Notes: generated from the letters alone by a model not told the origin. Positions 30,767-40,986 are shown, counted from the stretch's first letter. The stretch is DNA of 64,000 bases from Candidatus Spongiisociaceae bacterium (GCA_965202665.1 OZ241841.1:704001-768000), one strand, 5' to 3'. A program made the numbers and translations.

Positions 30767-31848
30767 GACGACCCCCCGTCCGCCCACACATCGGTCATCA
30801 GATGGGAACGGTCGGGCGGAACCCCGTTTTTGGCGAACTCGGCCGCCTCCTCCACCCGTTGCGCCACCTCCTGGGAAACCCGGGACAGGTCGCCTTCCGG
30901 CACGCCCAGCCGCAACAACCGCTGGTGGTAGATCCTGATCGGGTCGTAATCCAACCAGGCTTCCACTTCCTCCGCCGGACGGTATTTGCCCGGATCGGCC
31001 CGGCTGTGCCCGCCGCTCCGATAGGTCACCGCCTCCACCAACGACGGCCCCTCCCCGGCCCGGGCCCGGCCGATGGCCGCCCCGGCCGCCTCATGCACCG
31101 CGTCGGCGTCGTTGCCGTCCACCACGATCCGCTCCAACCCGTAGGCGGCGGCCCGGTCCGCCGCCGGATGCTCCACCGCCGTCACCAGGTCAATGGGGGT
31201 GTACTCCATGTACAGGTTGTTTTCGCATACGAACACCACCGGCAGGCTCCACACCGCGGCCAGGTTCAAAGCCTCGTGGAAAGCCCCGATGTTGGAGGCC
31301 CCGTCCCCGAAAAAGGCCACCGTCGCCTGGTCGGTTCCCCGCAACTGCGACGACCAGGCGGCCCCGTTGGCGATGCACAGATGGGCGCCGACTATCGCAT
31401 AGGAGCCCATCATCCCGTGCTCCACCGACGTGAGATGCATGGAACCGCCTTTGCCCTGCAGGACGCCGTTGGAACGGCCCAGCAATTCGGCCAGCAACGG
31501 CCCCATCGGGGCCCCCCGGGCCAGGGTGTGGGCGTGCCCCCGGTAGGTGGCGAAAGTGAAATCGTCGGGCCGCATGGCCGCCGCGAAACCGGCCGCCGGG
31601 GCCTCCATCCCCAGCGACAAATGGGAGGTCCCTTTCACCAGGTTCTCCAAAAACAGGTCGTAGGCCTTTTTCTCAAACTGCCGCAGTTCTTGCAACAGCT
31701 GGTACATCCGCAGGCGGGTTTCCAAAGCGACGTCGATGCGGTCGCCCGCCTGCTCGGCGCGGCGGGGCGGCCGGGGCGGGCGCCGGGAATAGTCGGTGCG
31801 CAACGGGTCGTAAACCGGAGGGGCGGAATCGGTCATCAGGTCGTCCAA
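30754..31848 (-). CDS. TPP-dependent 2-oxoacid/acetoin dehydrogenase E1 alpha
   Basis: TYRGH, GKGGSMH, TPP motif GDGASN...ENN, GHSRADPGKYR. Confidence 0.92.
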   Translation of the reverse strand: MDDLMTDSAPPVYDPLRTDYSRRPPRPPRRAEQAGDRIDVALETRLRMYQLLQELRQFEKKAYDLFLENLVKGTSHLSLGMEAPAAGFAAAMRPDDFTFATYRGHAHTLARGAPMGPLLAELLGRSNGVLQGKGGSMHLTSVEHGMMGSYAIVGAHLCIANGAAWSSQLRGTDQATVAFFGDGASNIGAFHEALNLAAVWSLPVVFVCENNLYMEYTPIDLVTAVEHPAADRAAAYGLERIVVDGNDADAVHEAAGAAIGRARAGEGPSLVEAVTYRSGGHSRADPGKYRPAEEVEAWLDYDPIRIYHQRLLRLGVPEGDLSRVSQEVAQRVEEAAEFAKNGVPPDRSHLMTDVWADGGSSWRN

Positions 31849-31873
31849 GTTATCACGGGGTCGTCGCCGGGGC

Positions 31874-33127
31874 TCAATACTCGTTGGCCACCATCAGCTC
31901 TTCGCAGGGGAACAAGGTGATGATCTGCGCCCCGTTGGCGGTGACCACCACCTCCTCCTCGATGCGGGCCGCCGACCTTCCGTCCGTAGCCGGAGCGTAC
32001 GTTTCCAAAGCGAACACCATCCCCTCCTTGATCTCGATCGGGTCGTCCAGCGAGTTGAGGCGGCTGATGATGGGGCGCTCGTGCAACCCCACCCCCACCC
32101 CGTGCCCGAACTGCAGGCCGAAGGCGTCCATTTCATCTTCGAAGCCGAAGCTGGGCGCCTCCGGCCACACCCGGGCTATCTGATCGGTGGTCGTCCCCGG
32201 CCGCACCAGGGCCAGGGCGGCGTCCATCCACTCCCGGGCTTGTTTGAAAGCGTCCCGATGGGCCTGCGAAGCCCGCCCCACCGCAAACGTCCGGTAATAG
32301 CAGGTGCGGTAGCCGTTGTGGACGTGGATAATGTCGAAGTAGGCCTGGTCGCCGGGGCGGAGCAACCGGTCGGAGAAAACGTGCGGATGAGGGGAGCAAC
32401 GCTCGCCGGCGATGGAGTTCACCGCCTCCACGAACTCGGAACCCATCTCAAACAGACGGGCGTGCGCCAAAGCCACGATGTCCGACTCCCGCCGCCCCGG
32501 TTTCAGGGCTTCGAACACGTCCTGGTAGACCCCGTCCACCATGGCGCAGGCCTGGGTGAGCAGCATTATCTCGTCCCGGTTTTTGATTTCCCGGGCCCGC
32601 ATCATCGGTTGCTGGGCGTCCCGCACCTGCAGCCCCTCCTCCTGCAACTGCTGCAGGAAAACCGTTTCCGCCACGTCCACCCCCAGCGGCGCATCGCCCG
32701 CCCCCTCTTCGGCCAGCACCGCCCGCAACTCCGCAACCGCCCGCCGGGGCAGCCCCCCGGCCGGGTCGATGGCCCCCTGCAATCCCAGATTGCCCGCCCG
32801 CGAATTGCCCGCGTGGTAGAGGGAGGGAAGTTGCAGCCGATGGGCTTTGGCCGCCGACCCGAAATCCCAGATGTAAGGGCCGCCGGAGCGGGTAACCAGC
32901 GCGTAACGCTCCGTCTTGTTGAACCCCCAATATCCGATGTTGGTGGAAGTCGCGTAACGGATGTTGGAGGTTTCAAACAGGAGAACCGCCCCCAGCCCCC
33001 ACAGGTTCAGTTGCTCCCGGACCCGGCCCAAGCGGTAGTCGCGCAACCGGTTGAAGTCGACCCGCTCCTCCCAATCCACGGCCATCAGCCCCGGGGCCGG
33101 AGTGGTGGCTACCGGAAAATCGCCCAC
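31874..33127 (-). CDS. M24 (pita-bread/creatinase-like) hydrolase
   Basis: REIKNRDEI, YFDI, GHGVGVGLHE, ALETY, RIEE. Start taken as GTG 33127 after RBS GAGGAGG; the ORF track start at 33763 overlaps a divergent gene. Confidence 0.85.
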   Translation of the reverse strand: MGDFPVATTPAPGLMAVDWEERVDFNRLRDYRLGRVREQLNLWGLGAVLLFETSNIRYATSTNIGYWGFNKTERYALVTRSGGPYIWDFGSAAKAHRLQLPSLYHAGNSRAGNLGLQGAIDPAGGLPRRAVAELRAVLAEEGAGDAPLGVDVAETVFLQQLQEEGLQVRDAQQPMMRAREIKNRDEIMLLTQACAMVDGVYQDVFEALKPGRRESDIVALAHARLFEMGSEFVEAVNSIAGERCSPHPHVFSDRLLRPGDQAYFDIIHVHNGYRTCYYRTFAVGRASQAHRDAFKQAREWMDAALALVRPGTTTDQIARVWPEAPSFGFEDEMDAFGLQFGHGVGVGLHERPIISRLNSLDDPIEIKEGMVFALETYAPATDGRSAARIEEEVVVTANGAQIITLFPCEELMVANEY

Positions 33128-33187
33128 GATTCCCTCCTCTTTGTCAACGCATCTCCGCTCGGTCGCCCGGCGGTTCCATGCTAGATT

Positions 33188-33199
33188 ACAAACGATTGC
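33188..33199. promoter_or_regulatory. LacI-type operator 1
   Basis: ACAAACGATTGC in the divergent M24/CMD intergenic region. Confidence 0.8.
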
Positions 33200-33250
33200 G
33201 AAAAGGGGAAAGCCGGAAAGCATCCGGCCCCCGTCAGGAGGACCAAGCCC

Positions 33251-33814
33251 ATGCCCCGCATCTCCTACCCCGACTTGGACCGGATCGACGACCCGGAGGT
33301 GCGCGCCATCCTGGACCGGGCGCGACGGGTGGGGGTTCCCCGCCCGGAAAGCCAAGCCATACGGGCCCATGTTCCGGAGTTGCTCAAAACCTTCACCGCC
33401 GCCTGGATGACCTCCTTCGCAAACGGGACGCTGGACCACGACATCAAAGAGTTGTGCCGGGTGTACGTTTCCAAGACCGTGGACTGCGGATACTGCGCCG
33501 GGCAACGTTCCATGGCCGCCGGGGCCGACGAATCCCACTACGAGGAACTGTTGAGCTACGCCCAATCCGACCGCTACACGGACCGGGAGAAAACGGCTTT
33601 GGCCTACGCCGACGCCGTGGTGTGGGACGCCAACCTGGCCGACGACCAACTGTGGGACTCCCTGCATCGCCATTTCACCGAGCCGGAAATCGTGGAACTG
33701 GGTTTTTTCGTGGCCTTCACCAGCGGGCAGCAGCGTTGGATCAAAACCCTGCAACTCGGCCATCGGGAAATCCTGGCCGACACCGAGGCCGGACTGGTCG
33801 GAGCTTCGCTATGA
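33251..33814 (+). CDS. Carboxymuconolactone decarboxylase/AhpD-like protein
   Basis: LDHDIKEL...DCGYC, TDREKTALAYA, HFTEPEIVEL. Confidence 0.85.
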   Translation: MPRISYPDLDRIDDPEVRAILDRARRVGVPRPESQAIRAHVPELLKTFTAAWMTSFANGTLDHDIKELCRVYVSKTVDCGYCAGQRSMAAGADESHYEELLSYAQSDRYTDREKTALAYADAVVWDANLADDQLWDSLHRHFTEPEIVELGFFVAFTSGQQRWIKTLQLGHREILADTEAGLVGASL

Positions 33815-34299
33815 GCCCGCAAGTCATGGAAAACCGCGACCTCGCCCAACCGATCGTCCGCCGCAAACAGCTCACCGCCCATACCGACGCCTCCATGATG
33901 ACCCGCATGGACTTCGGCGAGTACGGCGAATTCGCCACCGACGAACCGGTGGCGCACGGGGGAAGCGGGGAAGGCCCCTCCCCCCTGCAAACCGTGCTGG
34001 GGGCGTTGTGCGGATGCGAGGCGGTCACCTTCCGGCGCACCGCCGACGACATGGGCTTCGACTATTCCTCCATCAGTTTCGAAGCCGAGTTCACCATCGA
34101 CATCCGGGGGCGGATGGGGGCGGCGGAGGTGCGCCCGCATTTCCAAACCATCCGCGTACAGGCGGTGGTGGACACCCCCGAAACCGCCGAGCGGCTGGCC
34201 GAAGTGGCGGAGGAAACGGAACGGCGCTGCCCGGTGTTCAACCTGGTAACCGACGCCGGGGTCCGAACCGAAATGGTTTGGTTGCGCCGGGAACCCTGA
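33811..34299 (+). CDS. OsmC/Ohr-family protein
   Basis: DEP..HGGSGEGPSP...LGALCGC...RCPV; ATG at 33811. Confidence 0.85.
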   Translation: MSPQVMENRDLAQPIVRRKQLTAHTDASMMTRMDFGEYGEFATDEPVAHGGSGEGPSPLQTVLGALCGCEAVTFRRTADDMGFDYSSISFEAEFTIDIRGRMGAAEVRPHFQTIRVQAVVDTPETAERLAEVAEETERRCPVFNLVTDAGVRTEMVWLRREP

Positions 34300-34314
34300 A
34301 ACCCGCCCGGCGGC

Positions 34315-35775
34315 TCACCAGTCGACGGCTATGTATTTGATCTCTTGAAACTCTTTCATGCCCTCGTGCCCGCCTTCCCGACCGATTCCGCTCTGCTTCA
34401 CCCCGCCGAAGGGGGCGGCCGGGTCGGAAATCAAACCCCGGTTGATCCCCACCATCCCCGACTCCAAAGCTTCGGCTACCCGCAGGGCGCGGGCCAGATC
34501 CGAACTGTACAGGTAGGCGGCCAGCCCGTGCACGGTGTCATTGGCCAGGGCGATGGCCTGCTCTTCGCTCTCAAAAGCGACGATGGGGGCCACCGGACCG
34601 AAAATCTCGTTGTCCAAAACCGGTGAGTCGGCGGGGGTTCGGTCCAACACGGTGGGCTCGAAGAAAAACCCTTCCCGGTCCGGGGCGGCCCCGCCGGTGA
34701 GCAACCGGGAACCCGAATCACGGGCGGCCCGCACCGCCTCTTCCATGTCCCGTTGCGCCCGCAGGTTGATGAGCGGCCCCAGCTCCGCCCCTTCCTCCAT
34801 TCCCGGACCGACCCGCACCCCGCTCATGGCGGCGCTGAAAGAACGGGCGAACTCATCCGCTAGCGACTGATGGACGTAGAACCGGTTGGCGGCGATGCAC
34901 GACTGGCCCCCGTTGCGCATTTTGGCGACCATCGCCCCCGCCACCGCCGCTTCCACGTCGGCGTCCTCCAGCACCAGAAAAGGCGAGTTGCCGCCCAACT
35001 CCATCGACGCCGAAACGATGTTTTCGGCCGCCTGCGCCAGCAGTATCCGCCCCACTTCGGTGGAGCCGGTGAAAGACACTTTGCGCACCCGCCGGTCGCG
35101 CAGGATGGCGGGGACCGCCTCCGCCGAACGGTTGCAGGGGAGGACGTTCACCACCCCCGGCGGAACCCCCGCCTCCTCCATCAACCCGGCCACCGCCAAG
35201 GCGGTAAGGGGGGTGTCGGAGGCCGGTTTCAGGATGACCGGGCATCCGGCGGCCAGGGCCGGGGCTATTTTGCGGGTGGCCATGGCGGCCGGGAAGTTCC
35301 ACGGGGTGATGAGCAGGCACACCCCGATCGGCTGTCCGATGGCCATAATCCGCTTGTCGCCGCCCGGGGCGGCGGCGATGGACCCGTCCGCCCGCACCGC
35401 TTCTTCAGCAAACCACCGGAAAAACTCGGCCGCGTAGGCGACTTCCCCTTTGGACTCGGCGAAGGTTTTCCCCATTTCCAGCACGATGAGGGCGGCCAGC
35501 TGGTCGGCCCGTTCCGTCATCAGTTCAAAGGAACGGCGCAGAATTTCAGCCCGGCGGCGGGGGGCGGCCTCCGCCCAGGCGGGCAGGGCCTCCCAGGCGG
35601 CGTCCACCGCCTGCCGGGCGTCGGCCAAAGCCCCGTTGGGCACTTCGGCCACCGGGCGGGCGGTGGCCGGGTCCAGCACTTCCATCACCGACCCGTCGGA
35701 GGCGGCCAGCCACTCGCCCCCGATCAACATCCGGTCCCGGCCCGCCTCCGTCAGTTGCGCCAGGGCGGCGGTCAT
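34315..35775 (-). CDS. NAD(P)-dependent succinate-semialdehyde dehydrogenase family
   Basis: TPWNFP, FTGSTEVG, MELGGN, GQSCIAANR, EIFGP, PFGGVKQSG. Confidence 0.9.
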   Translation of the reverse strand: MTAALAQLTEAGRDRMLIGGEWLAASDGSVMEVLDPATARPVAEVPNGALADARQAVDAAWEALPAWAEAAPRRRAEILRRSFELMTERADQLAALIVLEMGKTFAESKGEVAYAAEFFRWFAEEAVRADGSIAAAPGGDKRIMAIGQPIGVCLLITPWNFPAAMATRKIAPALAAGCPVILKPASDTPLTALAVAGLMEEAGVPPGVVNVLPCNRSAEAVPAILRDRRVRKVSFTGSTEVGRILLAQAAENIVSASMELGGNSPFLVLEDADVEAAVAGAMVAKMRNGGQSCIAANRFYVHQSLADEFARSFSAAMSGVRVGPGMEEGAELGPLINLRAQRDMEEAVRAARDSGSRLLTGGAAPDREGFFFEPTVLDRTPADSPVLDNEIFGPVAPIVAFESEEQAIALANDTVHGLAAYLYSSDLARALRVAEALESGMVGINRGLISDPAAPFGGVKQSGIGREGGHEGMKEFQEIKYIAVDW

Positions 35776-35776
35776 T

Positions 35777-36712
35777 TCAACCCAGCCCGTCCGAAACGGG
35801 GCGGTCCTCCGACTGCAGAGCGCGTCCCGACCCTTCCGCCAAACGGCTCAACATGGCCGCAAAGTCCCGTTCGCCGAAGCCGCGCCCGATCCCGTCCATC
35901 ACTATCTGATGCACCAGGGAGGATACGGGCAACGGCACGTTCATTTCCCGGCCGGCCGCCAAACCCAGCTCAAAGTCTTTGCGCAGCAGATGCCAGGTGA
36001 AAGTGGGGGCGTAGTCCAGGTTGACGAAGGCGGGGGTCTTGTAGCGGGTGAAAGGGGAGCCCATCACGCTGTCGTTCAGGAACTCCAGGAAGTCGGCCCG
36101 GGACACCCCGGCCGCTTCGGCCAACATGGTGATTTCGGCCATGGACTGGGATACCACCCCCAGCATCAGGTTGTGGCATATCTTGACCAGCCGGGCCGAA
36201 TCCCCTTCCCCCACGTAGGTGACTTTGCGCCCCAGGCTCTCCAAATAGGGGCGGGCGGTTTGGTAGGCCCGCCGGGAACCGGACACCACCGAGGTCATCC
36301 CCCCCGACTCCACCACTTTCGGGTTGCCCGACACCGGAGCGGCCAGCGTGTCGGTTCCCAGCTCGCCCGCCCGTTCCCGCAACTCCCGGGAGGTGGCGGG
36401 GTCGATGGTGGTGGAATCCACCAAAACGGAGGGCCGTTCGGAGCCGGCGGTCAGCACCCCCTCCTCCCCCAAGGCGACCTGCAACACGTCGGCGGGCCCG
36501 GCTACCATCGTGAACACGATGTCCCTCCCGGCCAACTCGGCTGGGGAGTCGACGATTACCGCCCCTTTGTCCGCCAGCGGCTCCGCCTTGGAACGGGTGC
36601 GGTTGTAAACCCACAGATCGGCCCCCGCGTCCAACAACCGGCCGGCCAAAGCGAACCCCATCCGTCCGGCCCCTATCCAACCGATACGATGCTTGAATCC
36701 GTTTTCGGTCAT
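35777..36712 (-). CDS. Beta-hydroxyacid dehydrogenase (3-hydroxyisobutyrate DH family)
   Basis: WIGAGRMG, APVSGNP, KICHN, LLRKDFELG. Confidence 0.88.
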   Translation of the reverse strand: MTENGFKHRIGWIGAGRMGFALAGRLLDAGADLWVYNRTRSKAEPLADKGAVIVDSPAELAGRDIVFTMVAGPADVLQVALGEEGVLTAGSERPSVLVDSTTIDPATSRELRERAGELGTDTLAAPVSGNPKVVESGGMTSVVSGSRRAYQTARPYLESLGRKVTYVGEGDSARLVKICHNLMLGVVSQSMAEITMLAEAAGVSRADFLEFLNDSVMGSPFTRYKTPAFVNLDYAPTFTWHLLRKDFELGLAAGREMNVPLPVSSLVHQIVMDGIGRGFGERDFAAMLSRLAEGSGRALQSEDRPVSDGLG

Positions 36713-36726
36713 TGTCTCTCCTTTTC

Positions 36727-36738
36727 GCAATCGTTTGC
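36727..36738. promoter_or_regulatory. LacI-type operator 2
   Basis: GCAATCGTTTGC directly upstream of the RBS of the hydroxyacid dehydrogenase. Confidence 0.8.
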
Positions 36739-36770
36739 CGTACGGGTCGCAGGCCCGCCGGTTGGGCTAG

Positions 36771-37787
36771 TCATGCTTGACGGACCGGCGACGGGCCGCC
36801 CAATCCTAGGAGCCGGGCGGCGTTCCCCCCCAGGATCGCCCTGCGATCCTCCTCCCCCAGTCTAGCCGCCGCCCGCACCGCCCCCGCCGGATCGGGTTCC
36901 CCCATTGCGAACGGATAGTCGGTTCCCAGCAGAACCCGGTCCGAACCCAGGGTTTCCGCCAGAAACGACAGCGCCGCCGGATGGTGGACGACCGCATCCG
37001 CGTACATGCGGCGCAGGTAATGGCCGGGGGGTTGGGAAATCCGGGCGGCGGCCGAATCGGGGCGGACCGCGCAAGCCCGGTTCAGGCGCCCGATCTGATA
37101 GGGGAGAAACCCCCCGCCGTGCGCCAGGATAAACGAGATTCCCGGATGACGTTCCACCGCCCCCGACATTATGAGGAAGGCGGCGGCGATGGTGGTTTCG
37201 GCGGGGCGTCCCACTGCGTTCTCCAGAAAAAACCCTTCCATGTCCACCCCGGCCAACGGACGCAACGGGTGCAGGAATATCACCGCCCCCAGTTCCCCGG
37301 CGACCGACCAGAAAGGTTCCAGGCCGGCCCGATCCAGCCGCCGCCCGGCTACGGAGGTGGCGATCTGCGCCCCTTTCATCCCCAGTTCCCCCATCGCCTC
37401 CCGCAACATTTCGGCGGCCAACCGGGGGGCCTGCAGGGGCACGGTGGCCAGGGCGCTCAGCCGGTCGGGGCGCCGGGCGGCTTCCTCCGCCAGACACCGG
37501 TTGTGGGCCCGGGAGTATTCCGCCCCCGCCTCCGGTTCCAGTTCGTAGGCGGTCAGGTCTATCCACCCGGACATCACTTGATGATCGATCCCCATCCGGT
37601 CCATGGCCCGCAAACGGGCCGGCAGGTCCGACAATTCCGCAACGGGCGGCCCGGCGGACAATCCCCCGGGCAGAAGCAGGCGGCCGTCTCCCTGAAAGCC
37701 GACTCCCGCCCCGGGCCCGTTTTTCCGCAACCATTCCAGAAAAGAGGGGGGGACGCAGTGGGCGTGGACATCTACTTTCACGCCCAC
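36771..37787 (-). CDS. Amidohydrolase_2 family (ACMSD-like decarboxylase/hydrolase)
   Basis: DVHAH, FLHP, AHGGGFLP, GTDYPF, GGNAARL. Confidence 0.87.
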   Translation of the reverse strand: MGVKVDVHAHCVPPSFLEWLRKNGPGAGVGFQGDGRLLLPGGLSAGPPVAELSDLPARLRAMDRMGIDHQVMSGWIDLTAYELEPEAGAEYSRAHNRCLAEEAARRPDRLSALATVPLQAPRLAAEMLREAMGELGMKGAQIATSVAGRRLDRAGLEPFWSVAGELGAVIFLHPLRPLAGVDMEGFFLENAVGRPAETTIAAAFLIMSGAVERHPGISFILAHGGGFLPYQIGRLNRACAVRPDSAAARISQPPGHYLRRMYADAVVHHPAALSFLAETLGSDRVLLGTDYPFAMGEPDPAGAVRAAARLGEEDRRAILGGNAARLLGLGGPSPVRQA

Positions 37788-37810
37788 ATCTTAATGGAAA
37801 GCCCTCCCCT

Positions 37811-37830
37811 TTCCGCAATCGTTTGCGGAA
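37811..37830. promoter_or_regulatory. LacI-type operator 3 (extended palindrome)
   Basis: TTCCGCAA-TCGT-TTGCGGAA between divergent genes. Confidence 0.85.
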
Positions 37831-37852
37831 TGGTGTGATATGTTGGCCTATC

Positions 37853-40111
37853 GTGTCCGTTCCCATCAAAGACAACCGCCGACCCGGCGATCGCCGGCTG
37901 GTGACCGGCGCCGGGCGGTACGTATCGGATTTGGCCGATGGCGAAACCCTGCATGCCTGGTTCGCCCGCAGCCCCCTCCCCCACGCCCTGCTCGACGCGG
38001 TGGAAACGGCCCCTGCATCCGCCGTCCCCGGCGCGGTGGCCGTCTTCACCGCCTCCGACCTGGAGCTGGACGATATCCCCGGCAACACCGGAAGCGGGCC
38101 GGAAGCCCCGGCCATGACCCGCCCGCCTTTGGTGCGGGAGCGGGCCCGGTTCGTGGGCGACCCGATAGCGGTGGCCGTCGCCCGCACCGCGCCCGCCGCG
38201 GAAGACGCGGCCGGGTTGGTGTGGCCCGATTTGCGGGAACTCCCCCCGGTCTTGGATCCGCGCCGGGCGGAAGACGGACCGCCCCTGTTCGCCGGGGGCA
38301 ACGTGGTCATGGAGGAACGTCTGGCGGCGGGAGAAGACCCCGGCCCGGGCCGGTTTTCGGCCGCGGTGGAAATCGGCGGGCAGCGGCTGGCCCCCTCCCC
38401 TTTGGAACCGGTTTCCATCCTGGTCCGTCCCGTGGGGGACGGCCTGCGCGTCTGGTGCGGCCACCAGGCCCCGCACCGGTTGCGGGGGCAACTGGCCGTC
38501 GGCCTGGGCATGGAATCCGGCCTTATCCGGGTAACCGTCCCCGCGGTGGGCGGGGCCTTCGGCATGAAAGGAATGTTGTTCCCCGAATACCTGGTGGTGG
38601 CGGCCGCCGCCCGGCGCCTGGGGCGACCCGTTTTGTGGGCCGCCTCCCGCCGCGAACAGTTCATCATCGGAACCCACGGCCGCGCCCAGCGTTACCGGGC
38701 CGTCCTGGAGGGGGACGCCGACGGCCGACTGCGCCGGTTGCGGTTGAAGGTCCTGGCCGAAGTGGGGGCCTACCCCCACAACGGATCGCAGATCCCGCTT
38801 TTCTCCCGTCTGGTGGCCACCGGCCTCTACGACATCCCGCGCTTGGAAGTGGAAACCAAGGCGGTGGTCACCAACACCGCCCCCACCGGCTCCTACCGGG
38901 GGGCGGGCCGGCCGGAAGCGGCCCTGGCCCTGGAACGGGTCATGGACGTTTTCGCCCGCCGCCTCGGCCTGGATCCGATGGAGGTGCGGCTGCGCAACAT
39001 GATCCCCCCCCAAAAGTTGCCCCGGCGCACCCCCGCCGGGGCCCGCTACGACTCCGGCGACTACCCGCAAGCCCTGCGCCGGGTTGCGAAGGCCCTGGAC
39101 CTGCCCGCTTTGCGGGAGGAGAAAAGGCGGCGGCGGGAGGAGGGCCGTCCGTTGCTGGGCGCGGGGGCGGCGGCTTTTGTGGAACGGGCGGGGGGAGCCC
39201 CCCAGTCCGACGAGTACGCCCGGGTGGAAGCGGACCCGCGCCGGCGGGAGATAACGGTGCGCACCGGTTCGGTCGACTCCGGCCAGGGGCACGCCCGGGT
39301 GTGGCGGGATCTGGCGGCCGGCGTTTTCCAGACCGGGCAGGTGCGGGTCATCGCCGGGGACACGGCCCTGGTGGCGGAGGGAACCGGCTCTTTCGCCTCC
39401 CGCTCCGCCCAGTTGGGGGCCAGCGCGGTGGTGCGGGCCGCCCGCCGGTTGCTGGAGCGGGCCCGCCTGCGGGCGGCCGGGATGCTGGAAGCGGACCCCG
39501 CCGACCTCCGCTACCACGAGGGAATATTCCGGGTGGCGGGCGACCCGGCCAGCGGCGTTTCGCTGTGGGAGACGGCCTCCCCCGAACCGCTGGCGGAGGA
39601 AGACCGGTTCTCCGCGGGGGCGCAAACCTTCCCCTACGGCGTACACGCCGCGGTGGTGGAAGCGGATCCGGCCACCGGCGAAGTCCGGCTGTTGCGGGTT
39701 ATCGCCTTGGACGACTGCGGAACGGTGCTGGATCCCATGATCGTGGAAGGCCAGATGCACGGCTCCTTGGCGCAGGGCATGGGAGAGGCGTTGCTGGAGG
39801 CTTTCCGCTACGACGCGGACGGGCAGCCGATTACCTCCACGTTTATGGACTATCCCCTCCCCACCGCGGCGGAAGCGTACTCCCTGACCGCCCTGCGCCT
39901 GACCTCCCCCGCCCCTTCCAATCCGCTGGGGGTGAAAGGAGCGGGGGAAGCGGGATGCATCGGGCTCCCCCCCGCCGTTCTCAACGCCACGGCGGACGCC
40001 TTGTGGCCGCTGGGGGTTCGCGACCTGGATCTGCCGCTGACCCCCTACCGGGTGTGGCGGGCCGTCCGGGAGGCCTCCCGGACGGCAAACGATTGTAAAA
40101 TGGGAAAATGA
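37853..40111 (+). CDS. Xanthine dehydrogenase-family molybdopterin subunit (no adjacent S/M subunits)
   Basis: [32 protein letters not shown]; start taken as GTG 37853. Confidence 0.87.
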   Translation: MSVPIKDNRRPGDRRLVTGAGRYVSDLADGETLHAWFARSPLPHALLDAVETAPASAVPGAVAVFTASDLELDDIPGNTGSGPEAPAMTRPPLVRERARFVGDPIAVAVARTAPAAEDAAGLVWPDLRELPPVLDPRRAEDGPPLFAGGNVVMEERLAAGEDPGPGRFSAAVEIGGQRLAPSPLEPVSILVRPVGDGLRVWCGHQAPHRLRGQLAVGLGMESGLIRVTVPAVGGAFGMKGMLFPEYLVVAAAARRLGRPVLWAASRREQFIIGTHGRAQRYRAVLEGDADGRLRRLRLKVLAEVGAYPHNGSQIPLFSRLVATGLYDIPRLEVETKAVVTNTAPTGSYRGAGRPEAALALERVMDVFARRLGLDPMEVRLRNMIPPQKLPRRTPAGARYDSGDYPQALRRVAKALDLPALREEKRRRREEGRPLLGAGAAAFVERAGGAPQSDEYARVEADPRRREITVRTGSVDSGQGHARVWRDLAAGVFQTGQVRVIAGDTALVAEGTGSFASRSAQLGASAVVRAARRLLERARLRAAGMLEADPADLRYHEGIFRVAGDPASGVSLWETASPEPLAEEDRFSAGAQTFPYGVHAAVVEADPATGEVRLLRVIALDDCGTVLDPMIVEGQMHGSLAQGMGEALLEAFRYDADGQPITSTFMDYPLPTAAEAYSLTALRLTSPAPSNPLGVKGAGEAGCIGLPPAVLNATADALWPLGVRDLDLPLTPYRVWRAVREASRTANDCKMGK
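40085..40096. promoter_or_regulatory. LacI-type operator 4
   Basis: GCAAACGATTGT just upstream of the DMT ATG (40108), inside the 3' end of the Mo-subunit gene. Confidence 0.75.
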
Positions 40112-40986
40112 CCGGGGTCATTTACGCTTCCCTGGCCGGAGTCGGGTTCGGAATCTTCCAAGCGGTGAACCGGCGGGCCAACCAGCAACTGGACGTCTAC
40201 CGGGTTGTTTTCATCGTGCAGGCGGTAGCGGCGGGCGCCCTGCTCGTCTGGGTGACCGCCACCCAGGACCTGGGCCTGCTGGCCTCCGCCCCCGCCGCCT
40301 CTTTCTTCTATTACGCCGGGGCGGGCCTGGTGCACTTTTTCGTCGGCTGGACTTTCCTGTCCATCAGCCAGCAGAAAGTGGGGGCGGCCGTCACCGGGGC
40401 GGTGGCCGGTTCCGCCCCTTTGCTGGGGGCGATTCTGGCCGCCCTGGCCTTGGGGGAACCGCTCACCCCGGCCATGCTGGGCGGGCTGGTCTTGGTAGTA
40501 GCCGGCTTGGCGGCGCTGTCCCTGCGGGGCGGAGGCCGGCCGTCGTTGCGAACGGTGCCCTGGTTCGCGGTGGGAACCGCCCTCACCTGGGCCTCCAGCC
40601 CCCTTTTCATACGCTGGGGCCTGACGGGCCTGGACTCCCCGTTGCTGGGGGTAACCATCGGCATTTTCTCCTCCACCGCCGCCTACGGCCTGATGCTGTT
40701 GGCCACCCGCGCCCGGCGGGCGGGCGGGCCCATCCCGGCCGCCGCCTGGCGGTGGGCGCTGACCGGCGGGGCGTTGGTCTCCTTCTGCATCGCCGTGCAG
40801 TGGCTGGCCTTCGACCTGATCGCGGTGGCGGTGGGAGTCACCTTGAACCAGCTGGCCGTTCCCACCGTCATCATCGCCGCCCCCCTGTTGGTGGGAACCG
40901 CCCGCGAACAACCCTCGGCGCCTTTGATTGCCGGGGCGGCGGCCGTGCTGGCCGGCTCCGTGCTGGTGGTGCTGTACGGCGTATGA
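40108..40986 (+). CDS. DMT/EamA transporter
   Basis: About 10 TM helices in two EamA-like repeats (LALGEP). Confidence 0.85.
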   Translation: MTGVIYASLAGVGFGIFQAVNRRANQQLDVYRVVFIVQAVAAGALLVWVTATQDLGLLASAPAASFFYYAGAGLVHFFVGWTFLSISQQKVGAAVTGAVAGSAPLLGAILAALALGEPLTPAMLGGLVLVVAGLAALSLRGGGRPSLRTVPWFAVGTALTWASSPLFIRWGLTGLDSPLLGVTIGIFSSTAAYGLMLLATRARRAGGPIPAAAWRWALTGGALVSFCIAVQWLAFDLIAVAVGVTLNQLAVPTVIIAAPLLVGTAREQPSAPLIAGAAAVLAGSVLVVLYGV

